A program made the translations under genes and the position numbers. The notes beneath the pieces are model-generated. The model was not told the DNA's origin and ran no database searches. It saw only the letters and a list, made by a program, of their open reading frames with translations. Shown here piece by piece: positions 53,098 through 64,000 of a DNA stretch of 64,000 bases (within the stretch, counting starts at the first letter, position 1; the number at the start of each line of letters is the position of its first letter). Origin of the DNA: Candidatus Levyibacteriota bacterium (lineage in GTDB: Bacteria; Patescibacteriota; Microgenomatia; Levybacterales; UBA12049); contig CAVRKE010000002.1 in the NCBI GenBank assembly GCA_963722305.1, forward strand, positions 251,878 to 315,877, given 5' to 3'.

Positions 53098-54534
53098 GTG
53101 AAATTATTAAAGATTTTTCCCTTAAGCGAAAAAATTTGTCTGCGAATTCTGGCCGTCTGGCTTTCTCTGCTTTCGGTTTTGTATTCTCTGCTTTCCGTTT
53201 TAAGGCACATGCATTTCCAGTCAGGCGGGTTCGACCTGGGAATTTTTGACCAGACTGTTTGGCAATACGCGCATTTCTTGGCACCTTTTAATACCATCAA
53301 AGGCAAGTTTATTTTAGGAGACCATCTGACTCTTACCATGCCACTCCTTGCCCCGCTCTACTGGATTTGGAGCGACGTCAGAATACTGCTAATTTTTCAG
53401 GCAGTTTTTATTACCCTGTCTTCTTTTGCCATTTATAAAATTGCCAGAGGGAGAAAATTCTCTCCTTTTGTTTCGTTATGTTTAAGTTTTATTTACAGCA
53501 TTTTTTGGGGAATTCAATTTGCAGTCTATTTTGATTTTCATCCGGTTGTCATCGGCGTTGCTCTTTTAGTTTGGGTCGTTTATTTTTTTGAAAGCAAAAA
53601 ATGGAAGTTATTTTGGCTAACTTTAACTTTGATGCTCCTGACGCAGGAAAATATGGGTATTGCTCTGGCGTGCATAGGCCTTATTTATTTTTTCAAGAAA
53701 AACTACCGCAAACCGGCAATCCTTTTTATCTTAGGAGGGGCAATTATTGCCCTTCTGTCGGTAAAGATTACCGGATTAATGTCTCCGACCGGGTACCAAT
53801 ACAGCCCGACTTTTGCTTTAAACCCCATAACTCTTTTCTTAAAATATTTTGACAGTCCCGATAAAAGACTGGTTTGGTTTTATTCGCTGAGCTGGTTTTC
53901 GTTTATACCGTTTTTATCTCCGGGAACAATCCTGGCAGTGTTAGGTGACCTGTCACAATATTTTCTCCCGCAAAGCCAGTTTGGACACATGGTAACTCCG
54001 TTTTTGCATGAAAGAGCAATTCTTGCACCGCTAATAACCATCGGCTTATTTGATGTTCTGGCATTTTTCCAAAGGAAGAAAATCAACATCACAATAATCG
54101 TTGTCATCCTGGTTTTAAGCGCCTTATTTCAGCAGTTTATTTTTCACTTTCCCTTAAATAAGCTTTCGAAGCCCGGATACTGGATAGAAGAATCCTGGAT
54201 GAAAGACGACGAGGCTCTTTTTAAACAGGTCCCAAAAAACGCCGGCGTTGCCACTGCTCAAGACCTGGTTCCTCACCTCTCGCAAAGAAAAGAAATTTAT
54301 TTAGTCTATCCCAGATTTACAACCGCTAAGGGGTTTTGCCAAAAGTGTTGGTGGCTTGATTTCGCCGGAAAACCGCAGTATTTGGTCGTTGACCTCCATC
54401 CGAACCAATGGCTAACCCAACTGTTGGAATCAAACGAAAATTTTGGAACTGCGGTCAAAAACATGGAAAAGGCCGGAAAAATTACAAAGGTTACCAACGT
54501 TAATGATGCCTTCCTCTATAAAATCAGTTATTAA
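53098..54534 (+). CDS. DUF2079-family integral membrane protein (putative GT-C-like glycosyltransferase)
   Basis: 478 aa. …HMHFQSGGFDLGIFDQ… motif. Polytopic. The N-terminal region contains a 21-bp tandem repeat. Confidence 0.65.
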   Translation: MKLLKIFPLSEKICLRILAVWLSLLSVLYSLLSVLRHMHFQSGGFDLGIFDQTVWQYAHFLAPFNTIKGKFILGDHLTLTMPLLAPLYWIWSDVRILLIFQAVFITLSSFAIYKIARGRKFSPFVSLCLSFIYSIFWGIQFAVYFDFHPVVIGVALLVWVVYFFESKKWKLFWLTLTLMLLTQENMGIALACIGLIYFFKKNYRKPAILFILGGAIIALLSVKITGLMSPTGYQYSPTFALNPITLFLKYFDSPDKRLVWFYSLSWFSFIPFLSPGTILAVLGDLSQYFLPQSQFGHMVTPFLHERAILAPLITIGLFDVLAFFQRKKINITIIVVILVLSALFQQFIFHFPLNKLSKPGYWIEESWMKDDEALFKQVPKNAGVATAQDLVPHLSQRKEIYLVYPRFTTAKGFCQKCWWLDFAGKPQYLVVDLHPNQWLTQLLESNENFGTAVKNMEKAGKITKVTNVNDAFLYKISY

Positions 54535-54551
54535 ACTCCTATAATATAGTT

Positions 54552-55346
54552 ATGATTGATGCGCACTGCCATTTAAATTTTCAGGCTTTTGCCAATGATT
54601 ATGACGAAGCGATCAAGCGGGCAATTAAAGCTGGCGTTGAAATAATGTTGGTGACCGGAACGTCCATTGAGTCAAGCCAAAAAGCGGTCGAGCTGGCGAG
54701 GAAATACAAACAGATTTACGCCATTGTCGGCGTCCATCCCCACCATGCGGATAAAGTTGAAAAAGGCTGGGATAAAGAAATCGAGCGACTGGCCAAACTG
54801 CCCAAGGTGGTCGGCATCGGTGAAGTCGGCATGGATTATTACAGCTATCAATCCAACGGCATTGTTGATCCCAAAATCCAGCGCAAGGTGTTTGAGAAAC
54901 AAATCGAAATTTCGCTGGCCAATAAACTGCCCCTCCAGGTCCACGGCCGGCACGCCGGAAAAGACATTCTGGAGATTGTTTCCGGCTATAAGAACCAGTT
55001 ATTGAATCCCCCCGGCATGTTCCATTGCTTTGCCGGAAACTTAGAGTATCTTGAGAAAGTTTTAGAGCTGGGGTTTGCTGTCGGCTTTGACGGCAACATC
55101 ACTTACAAAGGACTGGCTCCCGGCGAAGACACCACTTTATCTGAGCTGGTTGAACATACGCCGCTTAAGAGGTTAATTACCGAAACCGATGCGCCGTACC
55201 TGTCTCCTGTTCCCTACCGCGGTAGCCGAAACGAACCTTCCTATGTTATAATTGTGGGCAGTTCCATAGCAAAAATAAAGCAGACTTCATTTGACGAGGT
55301 GGACAGCGCAACATCGGCTAATGCCCGCCGGATTTTTAAACTATGA
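54552..55346 (+). CDS. tatD: TatD-family metal-dependent hydrolase (DNase)
   Basis: 264 aa. …MIDAHCHLN…, …GEVGMDYY…, …QVHGRHA…, …GFDGNITY…. Confidence 0.85.
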   Translation: MIDAHCHLNFQAFANDYDEAIKRAIKAGVEIMLVTGTSIESSQKAVELARKYKQIYAIVGVHPHHADKVEKGWDKEIERLAKLPKVVGIGEVGMDYYSYQSNGIVDPKIQRKVFEKQIEISLANKLPLQVHGRHAGKDILEIVSGYKNQLLNPPGMFHCFAGNLEYLEKVLELGFAVGFDGNITYKGLAPGEDTTLSELVEHTPLKRLITETDAPYLSPVPYRGSRNEPSYVIIVGSSIAKIKQTSFDEVDSATSANARRIFKL

Positions 55347-56836
55347 CAAATTTTTTTAATAAACTTTTTACACGCTATCCGATAAAAACCCGGAGAGCCC
55401 TGGAAATTATGCCGGGGTTTGTTTCCTGGTTTTTGATTTTCTTTCCGGTGTGGGGCTCTTTTTTTATTCCCTTAGCGGTTGCCTATTTTATTTTATTTTT
55501 TGACGTTTACTGGTTCTATAAATCATTTTCCCTGGCCATTACCGCCTTTATCGCTTCCCGCAAAATCAAGCAAGCGGAAAAAATGGACTGGCTGGAAAAA
55601 GCCAAACCTTTAGAAAATTTTGAAAAAGTCACCCACATCGCCGTCATTCCCAATTATAAGGAAAGCCTTGACAAACTAAGACAAACCATTGCCAGTATTG
55701 CCAACCAGACCTTCCCGGCCAAACGGATTTACGTGGTGTTGGCCATGGAAGAACGGGAAACGGAAGCGGCCGAAAGGGCCAAAAAACTGATTGGTGAATT
55801 TAGTAGTAAATTCGGAGGAATTTTTGCCACCTACCATCCGGATATCGAAGACGAAGTCAAGGGAAAATCCAGCAATGAGGCTTTCGCCGGCAGGAAAGCT
55901 TACGAACAGCTGGTCGAAACGGGAATTATTGATTATGACTACGCCACTATTTCCTCCGTTGACGCCGATTCGATTTTTGACAAACAATACTTTGCCTACC
56001 TTTCCCACCAGTTTTTGCTGGATCCCAAGAAATACCAGAAATTCTGGCAATCGGCCAATGTGAACTACAATAATTTCTGGTCTGTGCCGGCGCCGGTGCG
56101 GATTATTGCTTTTTTTGGCAGCCTTTGGCGAACTGCCCTTCTGGTCCAAAAAGATCGGTTAATCTCCAACTCAACCTATTCCCTGTCTTTAAAACTGTTA
56201 CATGAAATCGGTTACTGGGACACCGACGTCATTCCCGAAGATTACCGGATTTTCTTTAAAGCTTTCTTTAAAAAACAGGGGGATGTCTATATGGAACCAT
56301 TGTTTTTAAAAACATCGATGGACGCTCCACTTTCTTCCAGTTACATGAAAACTTTAAAAAATAAATACCAACAGGAAAGGCGCTGGAGCTGGGGCGCATC
56401 CGATGACTCCTTGTTTATAAGATGGCTTTTGACCGTACCCAATGTTCCGCTTGCCAGAAAAACCAACATGGTACTTAACGTTTTAATCGACCATTTCCTC
56501 TGGCCGGTCAACTGGTTTATAATAACCATAGCGGCCAATATTATGCCTTTTATTAATCCGGTTTTTTCCAGAACCACCTTAGGTTATAACCTGCCAAGAC
56601 TGGCCGGCCTGATTTTAACTATTTGTCTTCTGGCAACTTTTATGATGCTCATTATCGATTTTAGGCAAAGGCCCAAACATAATGCGCCTTCCAAAAAACG
56701 ACAGATGTTGTTTCCCTTAGAATTTATTCTGCTGCCGGTTGCCGGTTTTTTCCTCTCTACCCTGCCCGCTTTAATTTCCCATACCCAGCTGATGCTTGGC
56801 AAAAGGCTAGAATATAAAGTAACGGAAAAACTCTGA
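55343..56836 (+). CDS. Membrane glycosyltransferase family 2 (processive, cellulose-synthase-like)
   Basis: 497 aa. N-terminal TM helices, GT-A core (…VIPNYKE…, …SSVDADSI…) and QxxRW-type motif …QQERRWSWG…. 4-nt overlap with tatD. Confidence 0.8.
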   Translation: MTNFFNKLFTRYPIKTRRALEIMPGFVSWFLIFFPVWGSFFIPLAVAYFILFFDVYWFYKSFSLAITAFIASRKIKQAEKMDWLEKAKPLENFEKVTHIAVIPNYKESLDKLRQTIASIANQTFPAKRIYVVLAMEERETEAAERAKKLIGEFSSKFGGIFATYHPDIEDEVKGKSSNEAFAGRKAYEQLVETGIIDYDYATISSVDADSIFDKQYFAYLSHQFLLDPKKYQKFWQSANVNYNNFWSVPAPVRIIAFFGSLWRTALLVQKDRLISNSTYSLSLKLLHEIGYWDTDVIPEDYRIFFKAFFKKQGDVYMEPLFLKTSMDAPLSSSYMKTLKNKYQQERRWSWGASDDSLFIRWLLTVPNVPLARKTNMVLNVLIDHFLWPVNWFIITIAANIMPFINPVFSRTTLGYNLPRLAGLILTICLLATFMMLIIDFRQRPKHNAPSKKRQMLFPLEFILLPVAGFFLSTLPALISHTQLMLGKRLEYKVTEKL

Positions 56837-56846
56837 TTTTGAATTT

Positions 56847-58334
56847 ATGAAGATCTTGGCAAAGCTTGAAAAAAGTTTTGATTGCTGGTTTTTGATAATT
56901 GTTTCTTTTGTTTTTTTTCTGTTAAGGCTTCCCTCTTTGTTTGAACCGGACTGGTACGGAGACGAAGGCATTTACCAGGTTTTGGGAATGGGAATTAAAG
57001 CCGGAAGACTTTTATACCGGGACATTTTTGACAACAAACCGCCGCTTTTATATTTACTGTATAGTTTTGTCTCTTCCGATTTGTTTTCGGTTAAGCTGCT
57101 GTCTTTAGTTTTTGGTCTGTTGAGTGTCTGGGCCTTTTTCTTTCTCGCCAAAAAACTGCTCAACAAACCAAAGATAGTCTATTTTTCAACCGCGCTGTTT
57201 GCAGTGTTATTCGGGCTACCGCTGATTGAAGGCAATATCGCTAACGCCGAAAACTTTATGCTGCCATTGAATATTCTGGGCGGATATCTGGTACTAAAAT
57301 CCCTGGAAAGAAAAGCACAAAATACTAAATACGTAATACTGCTTACTGCCGGTCTCGTTGTCGGCTTGTCTTTTCTGTTTAAAATAGTGGCTGTTTTTGA
57401 TTTTGCCGCCTTTGCCGGATTTTTGTTTTTCGCCAATTATGCCAAAAAACTACTTGATATTTTTAAGCCCAAGCATTTGCTGATTGAAATTAAAAACCTC
57501 TCCCCGTTTATCCTTGGCTTTCTCATTCCGCTTGTTTTGACCGTTCTTTTCTTTGTTTTTAAACACGCTTTCGCAAATTTTCTGACGGCAACGCTGTCCA
57601 GTAACGTCGGGTATGTTGGTTACGGCAATAAGCTGATTATTCCCCAGGGCTTGCTGATTTTAAAACTCGCTCTTCTGGCCGTATTTTCCCTGTTTATTTT
57701 TTACAAAAGAAAAGCCTACGGCAATGCTTTCAGTTTTGTGGCTTTGTGGCTTGCCTTTTCCTTGTTTAACGCTTATTTTTCGCAAAGGCCATATACCCAT
57801 TATGTTTTAGTTATTCTTCCCTCGTTTTGTCTATTAATCGGCTTGTTCCTTCTTAACAAGCACTTTTCCAAACTGGCCGGCACATTGGCAATTGCTTCTT
57901 TTATCGCGGTTTTGTTAAGTTTTACTTTCTATGTCAAAACTATTTTTTATTATCAGAATTTTATTTCGTTTGTCGTTGACGGTAAAAGCGTTTATGCATA
58001 CCAAAGTTTCTTTGACGGGAGTACTCCGAGAGATTACGAGATTGCCGGCTATCTTAACAGTCATGCCTTGCCAACGGATAATCTTTTTATCTGGGGAAAC
58101 AATGCCCAAGTTTACTATTTAACCCAAAAGCTTCCTCCGGGAAAATATACTGCTACCTACCACATTACCTTGTACAAAGACGGCTATAGTAATACGCTGG
58201 CAGGCCTTCGTAAAAAACAGCCGAAGTTTATTGTGATAATGCCAAACGTCAGCGCTTATCCGTTCTCCCTTGCCGCTTACAACCAAGTAATCAATATTCA
58301 AAATGTCCCCATCTATGAAAAACTTAATCAATAA
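56847..58334 (+). CDS. GT-C-type glycosyltransferase (PMT/ArnT-like polyprenyl-phosphate-sugar-dependent transferase)
   Basis: 495 aa. Polytopic. N-terminal loop …PDWYGDEGIYQ… (DE motif) typical of the GT39/GT83 fold. Confidence 0.65.
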   Translation: MKILAKLEKSFDCWFLIIVSFVFFLLRLPSLFEPDWYGDEGIYQVLGMGIKAGRLLYRDIFDNKPPLLYLLYSFVSSDLFSVKLLSLVFGLLSVWAFFFLAKKLLNKPKIVYFSTALFAVLFGLPLIEGNIANAENFMLPLNILGGYLVLKSLERKAQNTKYVILLTAGLVVGLSFLFKIVAVFDFAAFAGFLFFANYAKKLLDIFKPKHLLIEIKNLSPFILGFLIPLVLTVLFFVFKHAFANFLTATLSSNVGYVGYGNKLIIPQGLLILKLALLAVFSLFIFYKRKAYGNAFSFVALWLAFSLFNAYFSQRPYTHYVLVILPSFCLLIGLFLLNKHFSKLAGTLAIASFIAVLLSFTFYVKTIFYYQNFISFVVDGKSVYAYQSFFDGSTPRDYEIAGYLNSHALPTDNLFIWGNNAQVYYLTQKLPPGKYTATYHITLYKDGYSNTLAGLRKKQPKFIVIMPNVSAYPFSLAAYNQVINIQNVPIYEKLNQ

Positions 58335-58668
58335 TATAAAAGCAGACAAGTTGGCTCTCCGCGGTTTTTTGGTTAGCCTTTTACTGACACTACTGGCAAT
58401 TTTGTATATTGCCATTAATTACAAAAGTCTACCCCAGCTAGTCCCGGTTTTTAACCAGCTCCCCTGGGGCAATGACAGGCTGGTTCCGACTGTCGGTATT
58501 TTTATTCCGGTGGCTGTTTTTGCCGCTATTTTTGTCTTTAATATTTTATTTACCTCCATTGTCTATTCCCATAACCCGCTTATCGCCAGGATTGTCGCCG
58601 CCGTGACCTTGATTCTGGCCATGATGAACCTCCTTTACATAATTAGAACCGTAATGCGGATAATTTAA
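58303..58668 (+). CDS. Hypothetical small membrane protein
   Basis: 121 aa with 3 TM helices. It overlaps the neighbouring genes. Confidence 0.4.
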   Translation: MSPSMKNLINNIKADKLALRGFLVSLLLTLLAILYIAINYKSLPQLVPVFNQLPWGNDRLVPTVGIFIPVAVFAAIFVFNILFTSIVYSHNPLIARIVAAVTLILAMMNLLYIIRTVMRII

Positions 58669-59747
58669 TGCAAAACTTTGATTTTCTGACAATTCTTCCT
58701 TTGGCAGTTTCTTTTATCGTCACCGCTATCGCCACACCTATCTGTCTTGTCTTTCTTAGAAAGTATCAGATTGTTGATGACCCTAAAAAACATAAACATC
58801 CGGCCATCATCCACGAAAAGCCGGTCCCCAGGGGCGGAGGAATTCCGCTTTTTATCGGAGTGTTAGTGGCAAGCCTTATTTTTCTGCCGATGACAAAAAT
58901 AATTGTGGCCATGCTGATTGCTTCTTTTGTGTCTCTGGTAGTCGGAGTATTAGATGACAAATACGATATTTCTCCGTATTTAAGATTTTTAGTCAACATC
59001 GGCTGTGCCGTTTTTGTGGTTTATCTTGGAGCCAATATTCCTTTTATCACTAACCCTTTGGGCGGAATATTATTTCTCAATCACGTCCAGCTGCCTTTCT
59101 GGCACGGAACAACCGTTTCCTTTTTGGCCGATTTAATCGCCATTCTGTGGATTGTCTGGGTAATGAACATGTTAAATTGGAGCAAAGGGGTTGACGGACA
59201 AATGCCGGGAATTGTGGCCATCTCGGCTATCGTTATCGGGATTTTGAGTCTGAGATTCTCCCCTCTTGATCAAACCAGTACCACTGCCGCTGCTTTGTCT
59301 TTTATCATCGCCGGTGCCTCACTGGGCTTTTTGCTGTTCAATTTTTATCCGGCAAAAATATTCCCCGGTTACGGCGCCACTTGCCTATACTTAATGCTGG
59401 CGGTAGCCTCAATTCTCTCCAGCGCGAAACTTGCCACCGCCATTTTAGTCATGGGAGTGCCAATGACGGACGGTGTCTTTACTATCGCCAGGAGAATTTT
59501 GTCGGGGAAATCCCCGTTTTGGCATGACAAAAAACACCTCCACCATTTGCTGTTGGATTTGGGGTTTGGACAAAGGCGAATTGCCTTATTTTATTGGGTG
59601 ATTTCCGCACTTTTAGGCACACTTTCCCTGGTTTTATCAAGCAAAGGAAAGTTGTTTGCAATAATAATGCTTGTAATTTTGGTCGGAGGTGCTATTCTAT
59701 TCCTACATTTATTGACTAAGCGAGCCGATGATAAAACTAGCATATAA
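58668..59747 (+). CDS. Polyprenyl-phosphate N-acetylhexosamine-1-phosphate transferase (MraY/WecA family)
   Basis: 359 aa. …VGVLDDKYDISPYLRF…, …MNMLNWSKGVDG…, …HHLLLDLG…. Confidence 0.85.
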   Translation: MQNFDFLTILPLAVSFIVTAIATPICLVFLRKYQIVDDPKKHKHPAIIHEKPVPRGGGIPLFIGVLVASLIFLPMTKIIVAMLIASFVSLVVGVLDDKYDISPYLRFLVNIGCAVFVVYLGANIPFITNPLGGILFLNHVQLPFWHGTTVSFLADLIAILWIVWVMNMLNWSKGVDGQMPGIVAISAIVIGILSLRFSPLDQTSTTAAALSFIIAGASLGFLLFNFYPAKIFPGYGATCLYLMLAVASILSSAKLATAILVMGVPMTDGVFTIARRILSGKSPFWHDKKHLHHLLLDLGFGQRRIALFYWVISALLGTLSLVLSSKGKLFAIIMLVILVGGAILFLHLLTKRADDKTSI

Positions 59748-60675
59748 TCTATTCAGACTGGTCAGACCCCGTCAATGGGTGAAAAACCTGGCAATTTTTG
59801 CCGCAATTACCTTTGCCGGCGAGCTGTTTGACGGTCCGGTTGTTTATAAGGTACTGTTGGGCTTTTTTGCTTTTTGCGGACTGGCTTCGGCCACTTACAT
59901 TGTCAATGACATTTTTGATGCTGAAAAAGACAGGCTCCATCCGTTTAAAAAATTCCGTCCCGTTGCCCACGGCGATATCCCGATTCCCCTGGCTGCAGTT
60001 TTTGCCGCACTTTTGACTTTTGTTTCACTTATAATTGCCATCAGCGTCACCCCCGCCTTTTTTGCCGTCACCATCCTTTATCTTTTAATCCAATTCCTTT
60101 ATTCTTCTTTTGTTAAATCACTGGCGGCAATTGATATTTTGGCGATTGCGGCCGGATACATTTTGCGAGTTTACGCCGGAGAGTTTGCCAGCGGTTACCA
60201 TATTTCGGTCTGGCTGTTGTTAACCACCATTTCCATCTCACTTTTCCTGGCAGTGGGGAAAAGAAGGTCGGAGCTGACTCTTCTTTCTCCCCGCAAAGAA
60301 GCGGATATTGTTTCCGTTAGAAGTTCTCTGTCGCATTATTCCGAAAAGTTGTTGGATGTTTACGCCTCAATCTTTGCCACTTCCACTTTTATCACCTATT
60401 CCCTGTTTACCTTTTTGGAAAATCCGGGAGGATTTAAGCTTTCGTTTGGTACCATTCCTTCGGATTTTCTGCCGGCGTTTTTCCAGAGAAAATGGCTGAT
60501 GATTACCATTGTACCGGTCGTCTATGGTTTAATGCGCTATCTTCAGGATATTTACGAAAAGAACGAAGGTGAAAGTCCGGAGAAAGTGCTGTTTTCCGAC
60601 AAACCATTGCTGGCGACTGTTGTGATTTGGGCGGTTCTGGTGGTACTGCTGGTCTACTTCATCAACCCCTCTTAA
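59728..60675 (+). CDS. UbiA-family prenyltransferase, decaprenyl-phosphate phosphoribosyltransferase (DPPR synthase)-like
   Basis: 315 aa. …RPRQWVKNLAIF…NDIFDAEKDRLHPFKKFRPVAHGDI… matches the DPPR-synthase subgroup pattern. Confidence 0.75.
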   Translation: MIKLAYNLFRLVRPRQWVKNLAIFAAITFAGELFDGPVVYKVLLGFFAFCGLASATYIVNDIFDAEKDRLHPFKKFRPVAHGDIPIPLAAVFAALLTFVSLIIAISVTPAFFAVTILYLLIQFLYSSFVKSLAAIDILAIAAGYILRVYAGEFASGYHISVWLLLTTISISLFLAVGKRRSELTLLSPRKEADIVSVRSSLSHYSEKLLDVYASIFATSTFITYSLFTFLENPGGFKLSFGTIPSDFLPAFFQRKWLMITIVPVVYGLMRYLQDIYEKNEGESPEKVLFSDKPLLATVVIWAVLVVLLVYFINPS

Positions 60676-60702
60676 GTTAGCTGTTTGTGATATTATCATC
60701 AA

Positions 60703-61137
60703 GTGAACAATATAAATCCAAAAGTAAACGTTGATATTCTAATTCTCAGAGGCAACAAAATTCTCTTGGGCCTTTTGACTAAAAAATGGGCTTACCAGGG
60801 AAAGCAGGTTTACGGTGTACCCGGCCGGGATATCCGCTTTGGCGAAACAATCAGTGAAACGGTTAAAAGAAATATTAGAGAGGAACTGAACTGTAATGTT
60901 CTGACCGAGAAAATTATTTGTGTTAATGAAAATTTTGCTTTAGGAAATCATTACCTCGGAATTGGTGTTTTGGCCGAAATTGACGGTGAACCGAAAAACT
61001 TAATTCCCGAAGATTGGCAAAAGTGGGAATGGTTTGCAAAAGACGCACTTCCTGATAATTTATTCCCGGCCGCCAAAAATCTGCTTGATTGTTATTTTGG
61101 ACATAAATTTACTGTTTCTGGGCGTATTGAGAGCTAA
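60703..61137 (+). CDS. NUDIX hydrolase
   Basis: 144 aa. Nudix box …GRDIRFGETISETVKRNIREELN…. Confidence 0.75.
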   Translation: MNNINPKVNVDILILRGNKILLGLLTKKWAYQGKQVYGVPGRDIRFGETISETVKRNIREELNCNVLTEKIICVNENFALGNHYLGIGVLAEIDGEPKNLIPEDWQKWEWFAKDALPDNLFPAAKNLLDCYFGHKFTVSGRIES

Positions 61138-61945
61138 TCCAGCCGGTCTTTCCGTTGCTTAACTGGATTTGATACCAACCGCTTTGTTCATCCAAAAGTG
61201 GATAAATTTCCCCCGGATTGACCTGCCCGATTTCCGCACCGGCGAGTGAAGCCTGGTCTCTGACTCTTAAAAATCCGGTTGGCGTTTGTAAAATCAGCAC
61301 TTTGCTAACCGGCAAAACATTGGCCGACGGCGAGGAAATTTGCGTTGCCGAGGCGGTAGCGGCATTGGGGTCAATACCTAAAAATGTCAGGGTTTCCAGC
61401 CGGTAACCCAAAACCGTTCTTATCCTGACAATTTTGTCTTTATAGCCTTCTCTGGTCAGTTTTAATTCGTGGTCCGACTCGGTAATATTATTTAAAAGCA
61501 GCGGCGTTTCCCCGACTAAATTATCGTCTAAAAAAACCTCGACTGTGTCGGGAAAAGAAATGGCACTAATCTCTGCATCTTTTTTGTCGGAAATTGGAGT
61601 AAGACCGATAATGCTGCCACTCCCTAACCCTTGCGCCCCGAAGGTTTGGTCAACCACGGTTAGAACTTTCGGCGAAATGGTGATTTTCTGCTCGAAGGGC
61701 GGAAAACTTCCTTGCGTAGACACTAATTTGACCGTATAATCGCCGGCCTCAAGCATGTCTTTTAATTCACATTTACAAAGCGGCGTCTGCCCAATTAACT
61801 GGTTATTTAAATAAACTTTGGCCTGCGGCACGGATGTAACCTGTAAAGCCCCTTTACCTTTATTCTGCAAAAGAAAAAAGATGACGGTTGAAAAAATCAA
61901 AACGACGATCACAAACGGCGCCAAAATCAGCAAAAACTTCTTCAT
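61109..61945 (-). CDS. Membrane-anchored PEGA-repeat / SH3b-domain protein
   Basis: 278 aa. N-terminal TM helix. Two PEGA-like modules (…VYLNNQLIGQTP…, …VFLDDNLVGETP…). C-terminal SH3_3-like …GEIYPLLDEQSGWYQIQLSNGKTGWIS…. Confidence 0.6.
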   Translation of the reverse strand: MKKFLLILAPFVIVVLIFSTVIFFLLQNKGKGALQVTSVPQAKVYLNNQLIGQTPLCKCELKDMLEAGDYTVKLVSTQGSFPPFEQKITISPKVLTVVDQTFGAQGLGSGSIIGLTPISDKKDAEISAISFPDTVEVFLDDNLVGETPLLLNNITESDHELKLTREGYKDKIVRIRTVLGYRLETLTFLGIDPNAATASATQISSPSANVLPVSKVLILQTPTGFLRVRDQASLAGAEIGQVNPGEIYPLLDEQSGWYQIQLSNGKTGWISSQYAQKQ

Positions 61946-61999
61946 AAAACATTTCCCATTATAACTTAAAAGGATGGCAAAATGAAGGCTTATTGAAGT

Positions 62000-63634
<1,635 letters not shown>

Positions 63635-63653
63635 TTAATTTTGAATTATGAAT

Positions 63654-63956
63654 TTAGCCATCGATGATGGCGAGTATGTCTTTTTGCTCTACCAGTATTA
63701 ATTCTTCGTCGTTTAATTTAACTTCATTTCCGCCCCATTTTTTATACATCACCTTTTGTCCGACTTTAACCACAATTGCTTCTTTTTCGCCTTTGGGAGT
63801 AACCTTTCCCGGCCCGACCGCTACCACTTCGCCCATCTGCGGTTTTTCCTGGGCCGTGTCCGGAAGGATAATGCCTGACGCGGTTTTTGCTTCCGCCTCA
63901 AGCGGCCTAATCAAAATATTATCGAATAACGGTTTAATCGTCTTTTTCGTTACCAT
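63654..63956 (-). CDS. groS: Co-chaperonin GroES (start at MVTKKTIKPL)
   Basis: About 100 aa. …IKPLFDNILIRPLE…GEVVAVGPG…. Directly upstream of groEL. Confidence 0.9.
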   Translation of the reverse strand: MVTKKTIKPLFDNILIRPLEAEAKTASGIILPDTAQEKPQMGEVVAVGPGKVTPKGEKEAIVVKVGQKVMYKKWGGNEVKLNDEELILVEQKDILAIIDG

Positions 63957-64000
63957 AAAGTCAAAAAATATCACTCCTCCGAAGTGACTGCTCATTTATA

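Noticed and set aside
52973-53284. Minus-strand 103-aa ORF, and an upstream Mn-riboswitch hypothesis for the NRAMP gene
   Set aside because: The ORF overlaps the NRAMP N-terminus and the DUF2079 start. No yybP-ykoY core strings were found in the short divergent intergenic region.
63957-64000. CIRCE operator upstream of groES
   Set aside because: Only about 44 nt are available before the window edge. A partial inverted repeat (TCACT...AGTGA) is visible, but the canonical element cannot be confirmed.

Overview
This is a low-GC bacterial window dense in small and membrane proteins, with a short IF-2, consistent with a small-genome lineage (possibly CPR/Patescibacteria; this placement is inference).

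Core housekeeping operons on the minus strand:
- lon (partial), pnp, rpsO, a DHH-family protein, infB and nusA.
- A membrane-anchored ClpB-like ATPase.
- hrcA-grpE-dnaK-dnaJ, with a CIRCE operator inside a sigma70 promoter.
- groES-groEL at the 3' end.

Plus-strand genes include metG, metK (preceded by a candidate SAM riboswitch) and an envelope-glycan cluster: a DUF2079 protein, tatD, a GT2 glycosyltransferase, a GT-C glycosyltransferase, a WecA/MraY-like transferase, a UbiA-family DPPR-synthase-like protein and a NUDIX hydrolase.

Five insertion sequences interrupt this backbone: IS481-like, IS1595-like, IS3-like, and two divergent IS110-like copies.

The most interesting region is an AT-rich accessory island of about 15 kb (roughly 31.4-46.9 kb) that looks like an integrated plasmid/ICE remnant with a defence island. 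It contains:
- a frameshifted replication-relaxation gene, a DUF2958 protein and iteron-like repeats;
- a DpnII-like type II R-M pair whose beta-class methyltransferase carries two homopolymer frameshifts;
- a SEC-C-motif protein, a membrane NERD protein, a DUF3800 protein and a convergent pair of AAA_14/DUF4143 ATPases;
- an AbiEi/AbiEii pair;
- a wHTH+PRTase protein behind a perfect palindromic operator;
- a Doc toxin with an AbrB-type antitoxin.

Three island promoters share a GTCGTAAA-N8-TTTACGAC-like operator motif. A roughly 130-nt structured element with compensatory stem changes occurs twice (near 20.1 kb and 30.6 kb, inverted), each copy in its own promoter-terminator unit, as a candidate novel sRNA family. 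No tRNA, rRNA or CRISPR array was found. Several frameshifts fall in homopolymer runs and could be assembly errors.
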